Part shown: one piece after another, positions 1-8,441 of the stretch
Layout of the letters: every line of letters begins with the position of its first letter
How positions within the stretch are numbered: the stretch's first letter is position 1
Source of the DNA: a virus
Strand: one strand, 5' to 3'
DNA: 64,000 bases
IMG/VR virus record: IMGVR_UViG_3300030329_003696
Span: 102,834-166,833 of that record
Translations under genes and position numbers: made by a program
The notes under the pieces: generated by a model
Database searches by the model: none
The model's input: the letters and a program-made list of their open reading frames with translations, nothing else
Told to the model about the DNA's origin: nothing

Positions 1-190
1 AGCCGCCCACAACACGAATCAAGTCGCCCTTATTAAGAGTCATATGATCCTCTACCTTCTTCTTTTTATTTCCTTTCCTATATTTCTTCATCTTAAAAGG
101 ATAATCACATTTTTTACATTCATATGCACGAACACCATTTACTTCCCCGCAGTTCTCGCATATTTTTTGCCCACGTTTTCTTTCCGTCAT
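1..190 (-). CDS. Partial zinc-ribbon protein (runs off window start)
   Basis: Hand translation MTERKRGQKICENCGEVNGVRAYECKKCDYPF...; two CxxC pairs; AGGAG RBS and promoter at ~262-287. Confidence 0.7.
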   Translation of the reverse strand, partial: MTERKRGQKICENCGEVNGVRAYECKKCDYPFKMKKYRKGNKKKKVEDHMTLNKGDLIRVVGG

Positions 191-651
191 ATAAAATTGC
201 TCCTAAATGGCTGACTATACGTTATCGTGCGACCTTCCTAGTTTGGATAGTACATATCATTATATACTATAGATCGGCATATGTCAAGTGGTTCTTTAAT
301 AAAAAATTGAAAAATACGAATCTTTATTTATATATCATATATATTTAGCCCGAAACCGCTGACTATGGCTATCTTGGCGATATGATAAGTTAGAGTAATA
401 CATACTAAAAAATATTAGCATTTAAAAATAAGTGTCAACAAAATGTAACCAAATCTCGCTGGCTATAGGCATCTTGGCGAAACGTTAGCTTCGAGTGAGA
501 CAGAACGGGTCAGATCGAGCGAGTGACCAAACGTGTCACACCTATATACAGACATACATACTATACATTATAACACATATATCGTCAATTACAAGGGGTC
601 ATCTTTATTTTTATTTTTATGTTGAATGGTATGAATTTTGCTGTATGAGTT

Positions 652-668
652 TTGGCATGGTATTTGCA
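652..668 (+). promoter_or_regulatory. sigma54-type (-24/-12) site
   Basis: TTGGCATGGTATTTGCA, GG to GC offset of 12. Confidence 0.55.
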
Positions 669-849
669 CAAATCCGGGGGGGCCCGGCCGCAGCCGGTGT
701 CAACCCCTATTCTTCAAAAAAACAGGAAATAGACCAGAAAAAAATCACCATCAAAATTAGCTGTATCATACCCTACCATCCCACTGAAGTTATAAAAACC
801 CCAAGCGGCCAAATGGCCGCAAGGGGTAACACAACAGAAAGGGGTAAGG

Positions 850-1767
850 TTAGGCCGCAAGTTCCAAAGCGAGCTTCTCAGCCGCCTTGACCTCTTGCGA
901 GTTGGATGCACGCAGGATTCGATCAAAGTCACCCTTGAAACCCTCCTTCGCCTGTGCGTCGTGTTGGACGTAGCCCTGAATAGCGTTGTATGCTTCCCAA
1001 GCGGAAACCACATTGGTCATCGCTGGACGACCTGTCAGGTTACGCTCACGATTAAGACGCTTCCAGATTGCCTCAGTACGATTTTGGTGAGTAGTCACCG
1101 CACGCACTCGCTCGCCACGGGCTGCACGATCCAGTTGATCCTGATCAGGACGACCATAGATAGAATCGAGAAACTCAGTCATGCGAACCTCAGTAGATTC
1201 GAGACGGTCAATAACATCGGTCAGGGTAGACCAGCTATTTTTGAGGGTCTCAAATGTTGAGATCAATTCGTCCATGTTGGCACGCAATCCGGAAGTGTGA
1301 CGAATGGAAACGGTTGTACCGTTCACCATACGCATCATCGCCAGATTACTACACGCATCACGGAAATAACCCATAGTGGCGGTAAACGCTTTACCGTCAT
1401 AACCAGCGTTAATCATCACGCGAGGCCATACGTTATCCGTATCACGATCCTTGAAAATCGAACGACGATCTTCAGCGGTTGGTTGAATGGACACATAGTG
1501 ACCACTACGGAAGTGAGTATTGCAAGCAATCTCACCATCGAACGCCTCACCAGCGGCATCGACCAACGCACAAACGTCATCAGTCGTATGGGGAACGTAG
1601 CGAGGGGAAACGGACTTCACGCCCTTGAGATAACCCGTATCAGAACGGAACAAGCCGTACTGGTCAGTCGGCATATGATCCGGGCCAAACAGTGGAAACT
1701 TGTCAACGGTGAAATCGAAAGCGGAACGAACGGAAGCTGAAACGTCAGCAGATTGAATGTTAGTCAT
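850..1767 (-). CDS. DUF932-family (phage/plasmid-like) protein
   Basis: Motifs FRSDTG..L..VSPRY, NAGYDG, FRDACSNL, IRHT, SAWEAYNAIQGYVQH. Confidence 0.75.
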   Translation of the reverse strand: MTNIQSADVSASVRSAFDFTVDKFPLFGPDHMPTDQYGLFRSDTGYLKGVKSVSPRYVPHTTDDVCALVDAAGEAFDGEIACNTHFRSGHYVSIQPTAEDRRSIFKDRDTDNVWPRVMINAGYDGKAFTATMGYFRDACSNLAMMRMVNGTTVSIRHTSGLRANMDELISTFETLKNSWSTLTDVIDRLESTEVRMTEFLDSIYGRPDQDQLDRAARGERVRAVTTHQNRTEAIWKRLNRERNLTGRPAMTNVVSAWEAYNAIQGYVQHDAQAKEGFKGDFDRILRASNSQEVKAAEKLALELAA

Positions 1768-1953
1768 AGTAAAACCTTTCTGAAATGTGTGAAACTAACT
1801 TACTCTCTCATTATAATATATATCGGCTAGATGTCAATGGGGACTTGAGCTTTTTTTGGATTTTTTTTATTCCGGACTTTTTTGGCTTTTTTAGCATTTT
1901 CCCTCTTGACAAACGACCCGGCCGGGGGGGCCCGGATTCCAAGGTCAACCGGC

Positions 1954-2070
1954 GACCCTCATGTTGGCGATGAGAGATCTATTTGAATCCTGTTACCCCG
2001 TCGCCCTCTTCTCATCTTACAGTTACCGTTGTTAGCGTAAGACGGCGGGCAGGCAACCAACATAAAGGTC
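1954..2070 (-). ncRNA. Candidate structured RNA (~120 nt)
   Basis: 14-bp closing stem with G.U pairs only on the minus strand, plus internal helices; no credible ORF. Confidence 0.45.
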
Positions 2071-2094
2071 AACCGGCATCTCTTGAAAGGAATA

Positions 2095-2325
2095 CTAATC
2101 CTCGTGAGGCATTGTACAATATACTTCGTAAGGTGTAGCGGCATAGGTCATCTGTGAATGGTCATCTTCCCACCATCCTACAAACCCCTTCACCCCACCA
2201 CCAGAAGCAACTTCAAAGCAAGCGATGCGGTCGTTCGTTTGCTCCGCCAGTTTGCAAGTGCCTTCTTCACGAATAATTTTTCTTACAAAGTTGTTAAATC
2301 TAACAACGCTTCCTACTTTGTCCAC
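2095..2325 (-). CDS. Hypothetical protein (probable GTG start)
   Basis: In-frame part of ORF 2095..2397 directly after the upstream stop. Confidence 0.5.
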   Translation of the reverse strand: MDKVGSVVRFNNFVRKIIREEGTCKLAEQTNDRIACFEVASGGGVKGFVGWWEDDHSQMTYAATPYEVYCTMPHED

Positions 2326-2326
2326 G

Positions 2327-2698
2327 TTACCACCAGCTACTATACACAACGGTATAGCCTTTCTTAATTGCCGCACGAGCCTCACGGATGAACTCACGGT
2401 CTTGCTCTGCGTAATATTCTTCAGAGTTTTCCCCGAAGAAGAAACCTACTGTCTCTGGTAGGGCGTTTTCGTCCAGAGCTTCTTCCATGCTGTCCAAGTC
2501 CCCAAGTGTCAATTCGACATCGACACAATTAAACTCACCATCTCCACCCTTTTCACGGTAGAGTTCTTCCATCCACCCCTGCAAACTAGGGTGCTTTCGC
2601 CAGTAGGCCAGTTCCATACTGTCCTCGTAGTAAGTGTAGCCATCTTCGTCCTTCTTAGCTTCGCCACGTCGTGCGGATGCGTATTGGTCAAGTCCCAT
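2327..2698 (-). CDS. Conserved phage hypothetical protein (MGLDQY...YWRKH type)
   Basis: GAAAGG RBS; recognisable phage motif ending YSSWW. Confidence 0.75.
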   Translation of the reverse strand: MGLDQYASARRGEAKKDEDGYTYYEDSMELAYWRKHPSLQGWMEELYREKGGDGEFNCVDVELTLGDLDSMEEALDENALPETVGFFFGENSEEYYAEQDREFIREARAAIKKGYTVVYSSWW

Positions 2699-2770
2699 AA
2701 TTTTACCTTTCAAAAAGTAGTGTTGGTTATACTGTATATTCTAACATACAATTATTGTATGTCAAGTGGT

Positions 2771-3238
2771 CTAATGAAAAAATGGTGGTTTATGACTGAA
2801 GGCCATTACTGCATTGTCGAGGATTGACAAGTCAGCATAGTCAGCGTTTTCTATTGGGCTTGCGTCGTACTGCTTGATGAACGTGTCACAGGTGTATGGG
2901 TTGTAGTAAACTTTTTCCCATCGTGTTTCGCCGTTGTCGATCTGCTCATCAGTGAGATGACCGTCAACTTTTTGGTCGGTCGTACGAGTATCAACCACAT
3001 AGCCCTCAATAAACGCATGTACGTTTTTCTTCTGTTCATCCCTGACTCTCCTTTGTCCTGCCTTGGACACAATGAATTGACAACTTCTCAACGTAACATT
3101 TTCTGCATGACAGCGAACGATGCCGCCTTGCTTAACGCTGTAGCAATCTCGATGCAGGTTGCGATAGACTCGCACCTTCTTGGTTGGGTCGATATGCTCC
3201 GCAATCTGGAAGCTTTTTTGTGTTCGTGGTTTCTTCAT
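2771..3238 (-). CDS. Conserved phage hypothetical protein
   Basis: VRVYRNLH, KNVHAF and YNPY motifs; own promoter and RBS. Confidence 0.75.
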   Translation of the reverse strand: MKKPRTQKSFQIAEHIDPTKKVRVYRNLHRDCYSVKQGGIVRCHAENVTLRSCQFIVSKAGQRRVRDEQKKNVHAFIEGYVVDTRTTDQKVDGHLTDEQIDNGETRWEKVYYNPYTCDTFIKQYDASPIENADYADLSILDNAVMAFSHKPPFFH

Positions 3239-3412
3239 AACTTATCCTTTCGTGTTACCCTTCCATTATATTATATATATCGTCATAGTCAAGGGGTCGG
3301 CATTAACTTTTTCTGGCTTTTTTCTAATCTTTTTTTACTGAGAACCAGTCTCAACAACCAAACCGGGGCCGCCCGGATTTGCCCGCCGCGTCAATCCGGC
3401 TGGAATGAGTAA

Positions 3413-3453
3413 GACACCGCCACCGGCTGAGACTACCCCAACCGGCAGCGGCG
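3413..3453 (-). terminator. GC-rich hairpin downstream of 3536..3820
   Basis: CGCCGCTGCCGGTTGG...TCAGCCGGTGGCGGTG inverted repeat. Confidence 0.45.
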
Positions 3454-3535
3454 TATATAAAAAAAATAAAAAATAGCGGTTACCTTTTATCCTCACCACC
3501 TATACCGCAAGGTCAGTGGTGCGGGTCATAGCGTC

Positions 3536-3820
3536 CTACGACTTTAGGAACGGTGCGACTAGGGAACCAACGAAAGGAATTTTAATTCCCCAATTCTGAC
3601 GCTCTTTATAGAACGCCTTTACACCGTCACGGGTTTGCACCGTGTCAAGGTCTCGCGACCGTTTGAATTCAGGATCGTATTTACGATACGCTCCCGTGAT
3701 TGTCTCCCAACTAAGCGGGTGCTTGTTGGTGTTGCGTCGTTCCTTAAGAACTCCCCAACGAAACTTAGAACCTTCAACCGGTTGCTTGTAACTGAACATA
3801 ACTAGACTTTTCATAATCAA
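3536..3820 (-). CDS. Hypothetical protein
   Basis: ORF with AAAGGA RBS on the coding strand of the region. Confidence 0.65.
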   Translation of the reverse strand: MIMKSLVMFSYKQPVEGSKFRWGVLKERRNTNKHPLSWETITGAYRKYDPEFKRSRDLDTVQTRDGVKAFYKERQNWGIKIPFVGSLVAPFLKS

Positions 3821-3890
3821 TATCCTTTTGTGTAGTGGTCTGAAATACCATGAGCTGCTGAAAAAAATAAAAGTAACAATACAAGTTGAA

Positions 3891-4673
3891 TCACACTGTT
3901 GCCACCTTTCTGCTATAGCTATGCCGCACCTTGTCCCGTTTCAGCACCTTTAAGGCATCGGCGGCTTCGCTACCTTTGGGCTGTGTTCCGTGTAGCATCA
4001 ATGCAAATGATTGATTGCGTAGGCTTGGCTTTGCTGCGTGTGTGTCGTCGTGGTCGATAGCTAGTCCGAGATCGTGAGCCTCTTGTTCACTGTATACCAC
4101 TTTGGCGAATCGCATATCGTACTCGTCGATACGCCAATCATCACGACCGCCATATGATGCGGTCAAAACGAAATTGTGTAGAATTGGAAACTCGTTGATA
4201 GAGTGCCAGAACCTGAGCGACTTGGTATAAGCGTAGAATAGCTTGTCGGGGTTTGCCACTGCTACAGAATACCACGCTTCCATATATTGCTGATTGAAGA
4301 AATCGCCTGCAACGTGGATGCGAACGATACCGGCATTGGTGGGTAATGAGTTATTGATTAAGTCAATCATCTCGCCGGTTGATAGTTTACGCAACGAATC
4401 AAAATTGTGTTTGCGTAGATTGTACACGTTGGTGTACTGTACTTCCTGAGAAGCTGAGAAGCAACGGAACTGCGTTTTGTGTCCGTCTTGTATTTTGCGT
4501 TTGCCGTTTGGCTGAACTACGGCTTTGGATAGGCACGACTCTGCGAACGGGCATGAGTAGCCACTGAGAAGGTCAAGGGAATAAACCTTGCGTTTATCTG
4601 TCAGATACTCTGACAACTCGTCGTCGTTTTTGAGTGCTTCGATTTTAGCGTTTGCGTTTGAGAACTTTAACAT
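3891..4673 (-). CDS. Gene product 88 (GP88)-like protein
   Basis: SGYSCPFAESC, RIHVAGDFF, FYAYTKS, LTASYGG and HGTQP motifs. Confidence 0.7.
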   Translation of the reverse strand: MLKFSNANAKIEALKNDDELSEYLTDKRKVYSLDLLSGYSCPFAESCLSKAVVQPNGKRKIQDGHKTQFRCFSASQEVQYTNVYNLRKHNFDSLRKLSTGEMIDLINNSLPTNAGIVRIHVAGDFFNQQYMEAWYSVAVANPDKLFYAYTKSLRFWHSINEFPILHNFVLTASYGGRDDWRIDEYDMRFAKVVYSEQEAHDLGLAIDHDDTHAAKPSLRNQSFALMLHGTQPKGSEAADALKVLKRDKVRHSYSRKVATV

Positions 4674-4766
4674 CTGTTTACCTTTCGTTGTGTTGCTTAC
4701 AGTCTTATTCTACTATATATTATCGGAATGTCAAGGGGTCAAACTTGAATAATTCCGGTTATTTTT

Positions 4767-4921
4767 TGGCGACGGGAACGGGGACTCGAACCCCGCACTC
4801 GTAGGCACCAACTCGATAAGGCCTGAGATAGCCCCGTCGATTCCCTCCCAATCCGTCGATTAGGCCAGTTGTCGAACTATCATGTCGTCGGTGTCTCATC
4901 CTACGAGACCATTTTCCCGCC
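4767..4921 (-). ncRNA. 155-nt tRNA/tmRNA-like RNA ending in CCA
   Basis: 8-bp acceptor GGCGGGAA/TTCCCGTC + G-CCA; T arm CGGGG-TTCGAGT-CCCCG; long interior helix; own promoter at 4936-4963. Confidence 0.65.
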
Positions 4922-5109
4922 ATGTTGTTTACTCTATTATATATTATATCGGCTATTTGTCAAGGGGAACTTTAGCATTTTTCCAAAGTTTTTTTTCATT
5001 GTTTTTTTCCTGTTTTTTGCCGATTGGACTTGACTTTTGACCCGGCCGGGGGGGCCCGGCTCGCCGGTTTGTCAACCCCTATTTTTATTTTTTTCGTGGG
5101 GAAAGAGAA

Positions 5110-5132
5110 GCCGCCTGAACGTCACAGGCGGC
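5110..5132 (-). terminator. Hairpin after 5164..5367
   Basis: GCCGCCTG-N7-CAGGCGGC perfect 8-bp stem. Confidence 0.5.
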
Positions 5133-5163
5133 ATTCTCCCCACAACACGAAAGGTCGGCGGTT

Positions 5164-5367
5164 TTAGAGTGACGCCACGCACTTTTTCAGTGAGAACGAC
5201 TTGTGCAAGCCGTTGTCCTCTCGGACGGTAATCCCACGGCCATTTGGCCCGGTGAAGCTCGCAACCTTTACGCCGGTTACTGAGCGGAGGATATTCTTAC
5301 TCCCGTTTTTGGGATACAGGAAAGAAACTTTGCGTTCGTTACGCTTGTGATAAAGATCGTTGTTCAT
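5164..5367 (-). CDS. Small hypothetical protein (possible WYL/SH3-like fold)
   Basis: GAAAGG RBS before MNNDLY; F.Y...R.V...KSFSL pattern. Confidence 0.55.
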   Translation of the reverse strand: MNNDLYHKRNERKVSFLYPKNGSKNILRSVTGVKVASFTGPNGRGITVREDNGLHKSFSLKKCVASL

Positions 5368-5527
5368 GGATGAACCTTTCAACTTGTGAAAAAGAAAATT
5401 GTTTGACACCATCCGCAGTGTCGATTAAAACGTGATCGTTCTTAATGGCTACGACCGTGCCAGCAGGGAATTTGGTGCCGATCCTGCATAACGGCGTTTG
5501 TGAGTTACTCACTCTCTGATTCTCCAT
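5339..5527 (-). CDS. Hypothetical protein
   Basis: Overlapping operon gene. Confidence 0.55.
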   Translation of the reverse strand: MENQRVSNSQTPLCRIGTKFPAGTVVAIKNDHVLIDTADGVKQFSFSQVERFIHEQRSLSQA

Positions 5528-5738
5528 CTGCGAGTTGCTTGGCTTCCTCTAGACGCTCGGAAGCGATTTGCGTGAGCTTGTCGCCTAGCTTTTTGTGAAG
5601 CTGTGCCATGACTTCCTCAGTCATCGTGAACAATACAACGTCATCTCCGTTGTGTAGTTCGACCTCATTGTCAGACTTCCAGCTAGACAGGTAGGTGTGG
5701 TCAATCTGACCGAACTCTACTTTTTGTGAAATCTTCAT
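5505..5738 (-). CDS. Hypothetical protein
   Basis: GAAAGGAG RBS. Confidence 0.7.
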   Translation of the reverse strand: MKISQKVEFGQIDHTYLSSWKSDNEVELHNGDDVVLFTMTEEVMAQLHKKLGDKLTQIASERLEEAKQLADGESESE

Positions 5739-6062
5739 AAGACTTCTCCTTTCAAAAAAAAATGTGTTGCGGATGCAGTGGCTCTTAACCCTAACTCACT
5801 AGCTTGATATTATTCGCCTCAAGACAGGCAGGTGAGTTCCAGTTCCGTGCTGTGTTATACTACCATTATACTATATTTATCGGCAATGTCAAGCGGTTAC
5901 TTGAGGAATTTCCAAAATAATTTCGGAATCTTTTGCGAGTTCTGAATCCTTCTCGATATAGATCGAGCCTGACACGTCGCCGGTTGCTGTAAAGCGTACT
6001 TTCGTCTTTGTCTCTTTGTCTTTGATAAATTTGATTGTCATCTTAAAAACCTTTCGCTAAAA

Positions 6063-6215
6063 TTAAAACTCACTAATGGCCGCACGACGTTGTGCCGACC
6101 GTGTACGTTGCCGCTTCGGGCGATTATCATGAACCTGATGAGTGTTGGCTTGATGGCCGACTGAGGGTTTCCCCAGCTTGATCTTCAGGGTTATCGTTTG
6201 CTTTCGTCTTTTCAT
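6063..6215 (-). CDS. 50-aa basic peptide (not in ORF track)
   Basis: MKRRKQTITLKIKLGKPSVGHQANTHQVHDNRPKRQRTRSAQRRAAISEF. Confidence 0.5.
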   Translation of the reverse strand: MKRRKQTITLKIKLGKPSVGHQANTHQVHDNRPKRQRTRSAQRRAAISEF

Positions 6216-6309
6216 TTTTCACTCTTTCAATGTCGTCTTGCAAGGCTAACCAACGTCGCTTCTGTGCCATGCTTGTGAATGTTCTGTGTTTTGCTCGTTC
6301 GTCTTTCAT
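6127..6309 (-). CDS. Hypothetical protein, possibly leaderless
   Basis: ATG lies ~7 nt from the -10 box of promoter 6316-6343. Confidence 0.45.
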   Translation of the reverse strand: MKDERAKHRTFTSMAQKRRWLALQDDIERVKNEKTKANDNPEDQAGETLSRPSSQHSSGS

Positions 6310-6374
6310 GTCTTTATTATACTTTATTTATCGGCGTTGTCAAGGGGTAAACTTTAATTTATTTTGACTTTTTT

Positions 6375-6668
6375 CGCTGACTCGCTGGCTACCACATTTA
6401 CACTTTATCCGTTAGGATAAGATGAGACACATCACGATGGCAGGCCTATCCATCTGCACCGTAGTCTGCTGCGTCCTTTTTTAAGTTCACAAAGGAACCG
6501 GATTTGACTTACGCCTCGATGCACCCCTAAATCGTCTTACCGATCCTGTCCTTACGTAATGGCTACAAAGGCCTTAAAGGGGTTGTGATGTTGTCTCGTT
6601 GTAAGATGCCCCTTTCGGGGAACCAAGTCCAGCGGCGTAGTTCCAACTGGGTTGTAGCTAACTTACTC
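6375..6668 (-). ncRNA. Candidate ~300-nt structured ncRNA
   Basis: Own promoter (6673-6700), no ORF of 60 aa or more on that strand, many helices and a GAAA tetraloop. Confidence 0.55.
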
Positions 6669-6819
6669 CTCCATTATAATATACATCGACCAAATGTCAA
6701 GGGGATCTTGAATAAAATTCCAGAAAAAACCAGAAAACTTTTTTCACCTTTTTTCCGTTTTTCCTATTGACAAAAACCCGGCCGGGCGGCCCCGGCTCGC
6801 CGGTTTGTCAACCCCTATT

Positions 6820-7032
6820 CTAGCAAAAAGCACATGCGTCGAGCGTGGGCGTGTACTCTCCTCCTTGCTTGCCGCACTTGGGGCAGATGTCGCTACCGTC
6901 TAGGACGGTGGGGCAGGTGTTGGATTGCTCCTCTAGTTCCATCTGCTCCTCGCACCACATCCAAAACTCAAGTGAGCCATCACTTTCTGGCTCTTGGTAA
7001 TCTCTTGGATCGCTCATAACTCCACTCATCAT
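6820..7032 (-). CDS. Small acidic zinc-ribbon protein
   Basis: CPKCG...CAFC. Confidence 0.55.
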   Translation of the reverse strand: MMSGVMSDPRDYQEPESDGSLEFWMWCEEQMELEEQSNTCPTVLDGSDICPKCGKQGGEYTPTLDACAFC

Positions 7033-7108
7033 AAAGACCTAACAAAACAGGAAATGTAACAGCGGCGACAATCGCCCAATTCCAAAATACAACCATCTCA
7101 CTACTCAT
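6980..7108 (-). CDS. Single-TM micropeptide
   Basis: MSSEMVVFWNWAIVAAVTFPVLLGLY... overlapping the upstream stop. Confidence 0.45.
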   Translation of the reverse strand: MSSEMVVFWNWAIVAAVTFPVLLGLYDEWSYERSKRLPRARK

Positions 7109-7490
7109 AATCGCAGTACGCCTCCCATGCGTCGTAATCGTTGTAAGTATCCTCGAACGGCTCGCCGTTGTACGGATCGTCATATAGTTCATTGTCGCCA
7201 ACGCAGGCGAAATCCTCATCGTCGTAGAGGTTATCGGATCGCATACCTTCTTCCCACGCGATGGCTTCCTCCGTCCACTCGTACTCGTCGGTGGTGTCGA
7301 GTTCACCGATAGAATCATCGGTGTCATCTTCCCACCCTTCGGGTGCGGACAGTTGGAAATCCTCCGGCTCCGGCAGAGGCTCTGATGCCTCTTGTGAGTC
7401 GAGCCACTCGTGGTACTCAGCCCAATCAGCCGCAGTCGGCTCGTAAGAGGTGATTTCTTCGCAGTGGATTTGTGTGTCGAACTTGGTCAT
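7101..7490 (-). CDS. Highly acidic protein (DNA-mimic candidate)
   Basis: About 45 D/E versus 2 K/R in 129 aa; promoter and RBS present. Confidence 0.75.
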   Translation of the reverse strand: MTKFDTQIHCEEITSYEPTAADWAEYHEWLDSQEASEPLPEPEDFQLSAPEGWEDDTDDSIGELDTTDEYEWTEEAIAWEEGMRSDNLYDDEDFACVGDNELYDDPYNGEPFEDTYNDYDAWEAYCDYE

Positions 7491-7652
7491 GTTGAAAACC
7501 TTTCAAAGAGTGATGTGTTGTATGCCTCTATTATAACTAATATCGGCCAGTTGTCAAGGGGTTCTTGAGAAAAAAAAGAAACTTTTTGGTAATTGAGTGA
7601 TTGCGACAGAGCTTACCAAACTCCACACCCCGAAGGGGACGGTCAAGCGGTT

Positions 7653-7865
7653 CTACTCCTCGTCGGAGCCGAACAACTCATTCCAGCACTTGTCACAAGT
7701 GCCAGAGATGAGAAGCTCGCGTTGATCCGCTGAAAGCTCGGGGAGAGCATCTTGGATCAACTTGCCGCCTTGCCAAGCAACGAATCCCTCGATGTTAACC
7801 GTGAGATCCGTCACCTCTTTACAAAGGCGACAGGGAACCGCAACGACTGATGTCATTGCTAACAT
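7653..7865 (-). CDS. Small Zn-binding phage protein
   Basis: CRLC...IQDALPELSADQRELLISGTCDKCW. Confidence 0.75.
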   Translation of the reverse strand: MLAMTSVVAVPCRLCKEVTDLTVNIEGFVAWQGGKLIQDALPELSADQRELLISGTCDKCWNELFGSDEE

Positions 7866-7916
7866 GATTTAATTATATCATAAAGAGTTGATCTTGTCAA
7901 GGGGTATTTGGAAATT

Positions 7917-7985
7917 TTACGATAAAACTTCTGCACCCAGAAGACCAACGAGACACGCACAAACCAGTAAAATAAAAAACGTCAT
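7917..7985 (-). CDS. 22-aa hydrophobic micropeptide
   Basis: MTFFILLVCACLVGLLGAEVLS; AAGGAGG RBS; own promoter. Confidence 0.55.
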   Translation of the reverse strand: MTFFILLVCACLVGLLGAEVLS

Positions 7986-8197
7986 ATCAACTTCCTCCTT
8001 TATACTATATATATCGGCAGGAGTCAATAGCAAACTTAACAAAAAACCAAAAAAAAGCAAAAAAACCCGGCCGGGCGGCCCCGGATCGTCCCGGTGTCAA
8101 CCCCTTTGGTTTGGATAATACATAGATGGCGGGTACGGCTGGAGGCGTCTCGTCTCACCCTCACACGCTTTACCGACGAGTTGACCTTACCATCTAT

Positions 8198-8365
8198 TTA
8201 TAGTGAGACATCACGAACACCGCGAAGGATACCCAACCGGCGGAACATGCGAACCACAAAATTGACTTTAGCCTGTCGTTCATTTTCCAATCTCCTTTTT
8301 TCAATATTTTCTAATCGTTGACAATAACGTGCCAACTCATTGGCGTGTGTCCTTCTCATTCTCAT
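8198..8365 (-). CDS. Small basic hypothetical protein
   Basis: In-frame ATG within ORF 8198..8413. Confidence 0.45.
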   Translation of the reverse strand: MRMRRTHANELARYCQRLENIEKRRLENERQAKVNFVVRMFRRLGILRGVRDVSL

Positions 8366-8441
8366 AGTATCAACCCCGATATAATACAACCGGCAATAAA
8401 TGCAATCGTGCAAAATATAATTGCTTGCTTCTGTTCTTCGT

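Noticed and set aside
4767-4838. Canonical 72-nt tRNA starting GACGGGG
   Set aside because: No proper D or anticodon arm; the 155-nt pairing fits better and matches the promoter position
6440-6480. Group I intron (GCAGACTAC resembles the R element)
   Set aside because: No matching S/P/Q elements and no interrupted host gene seen
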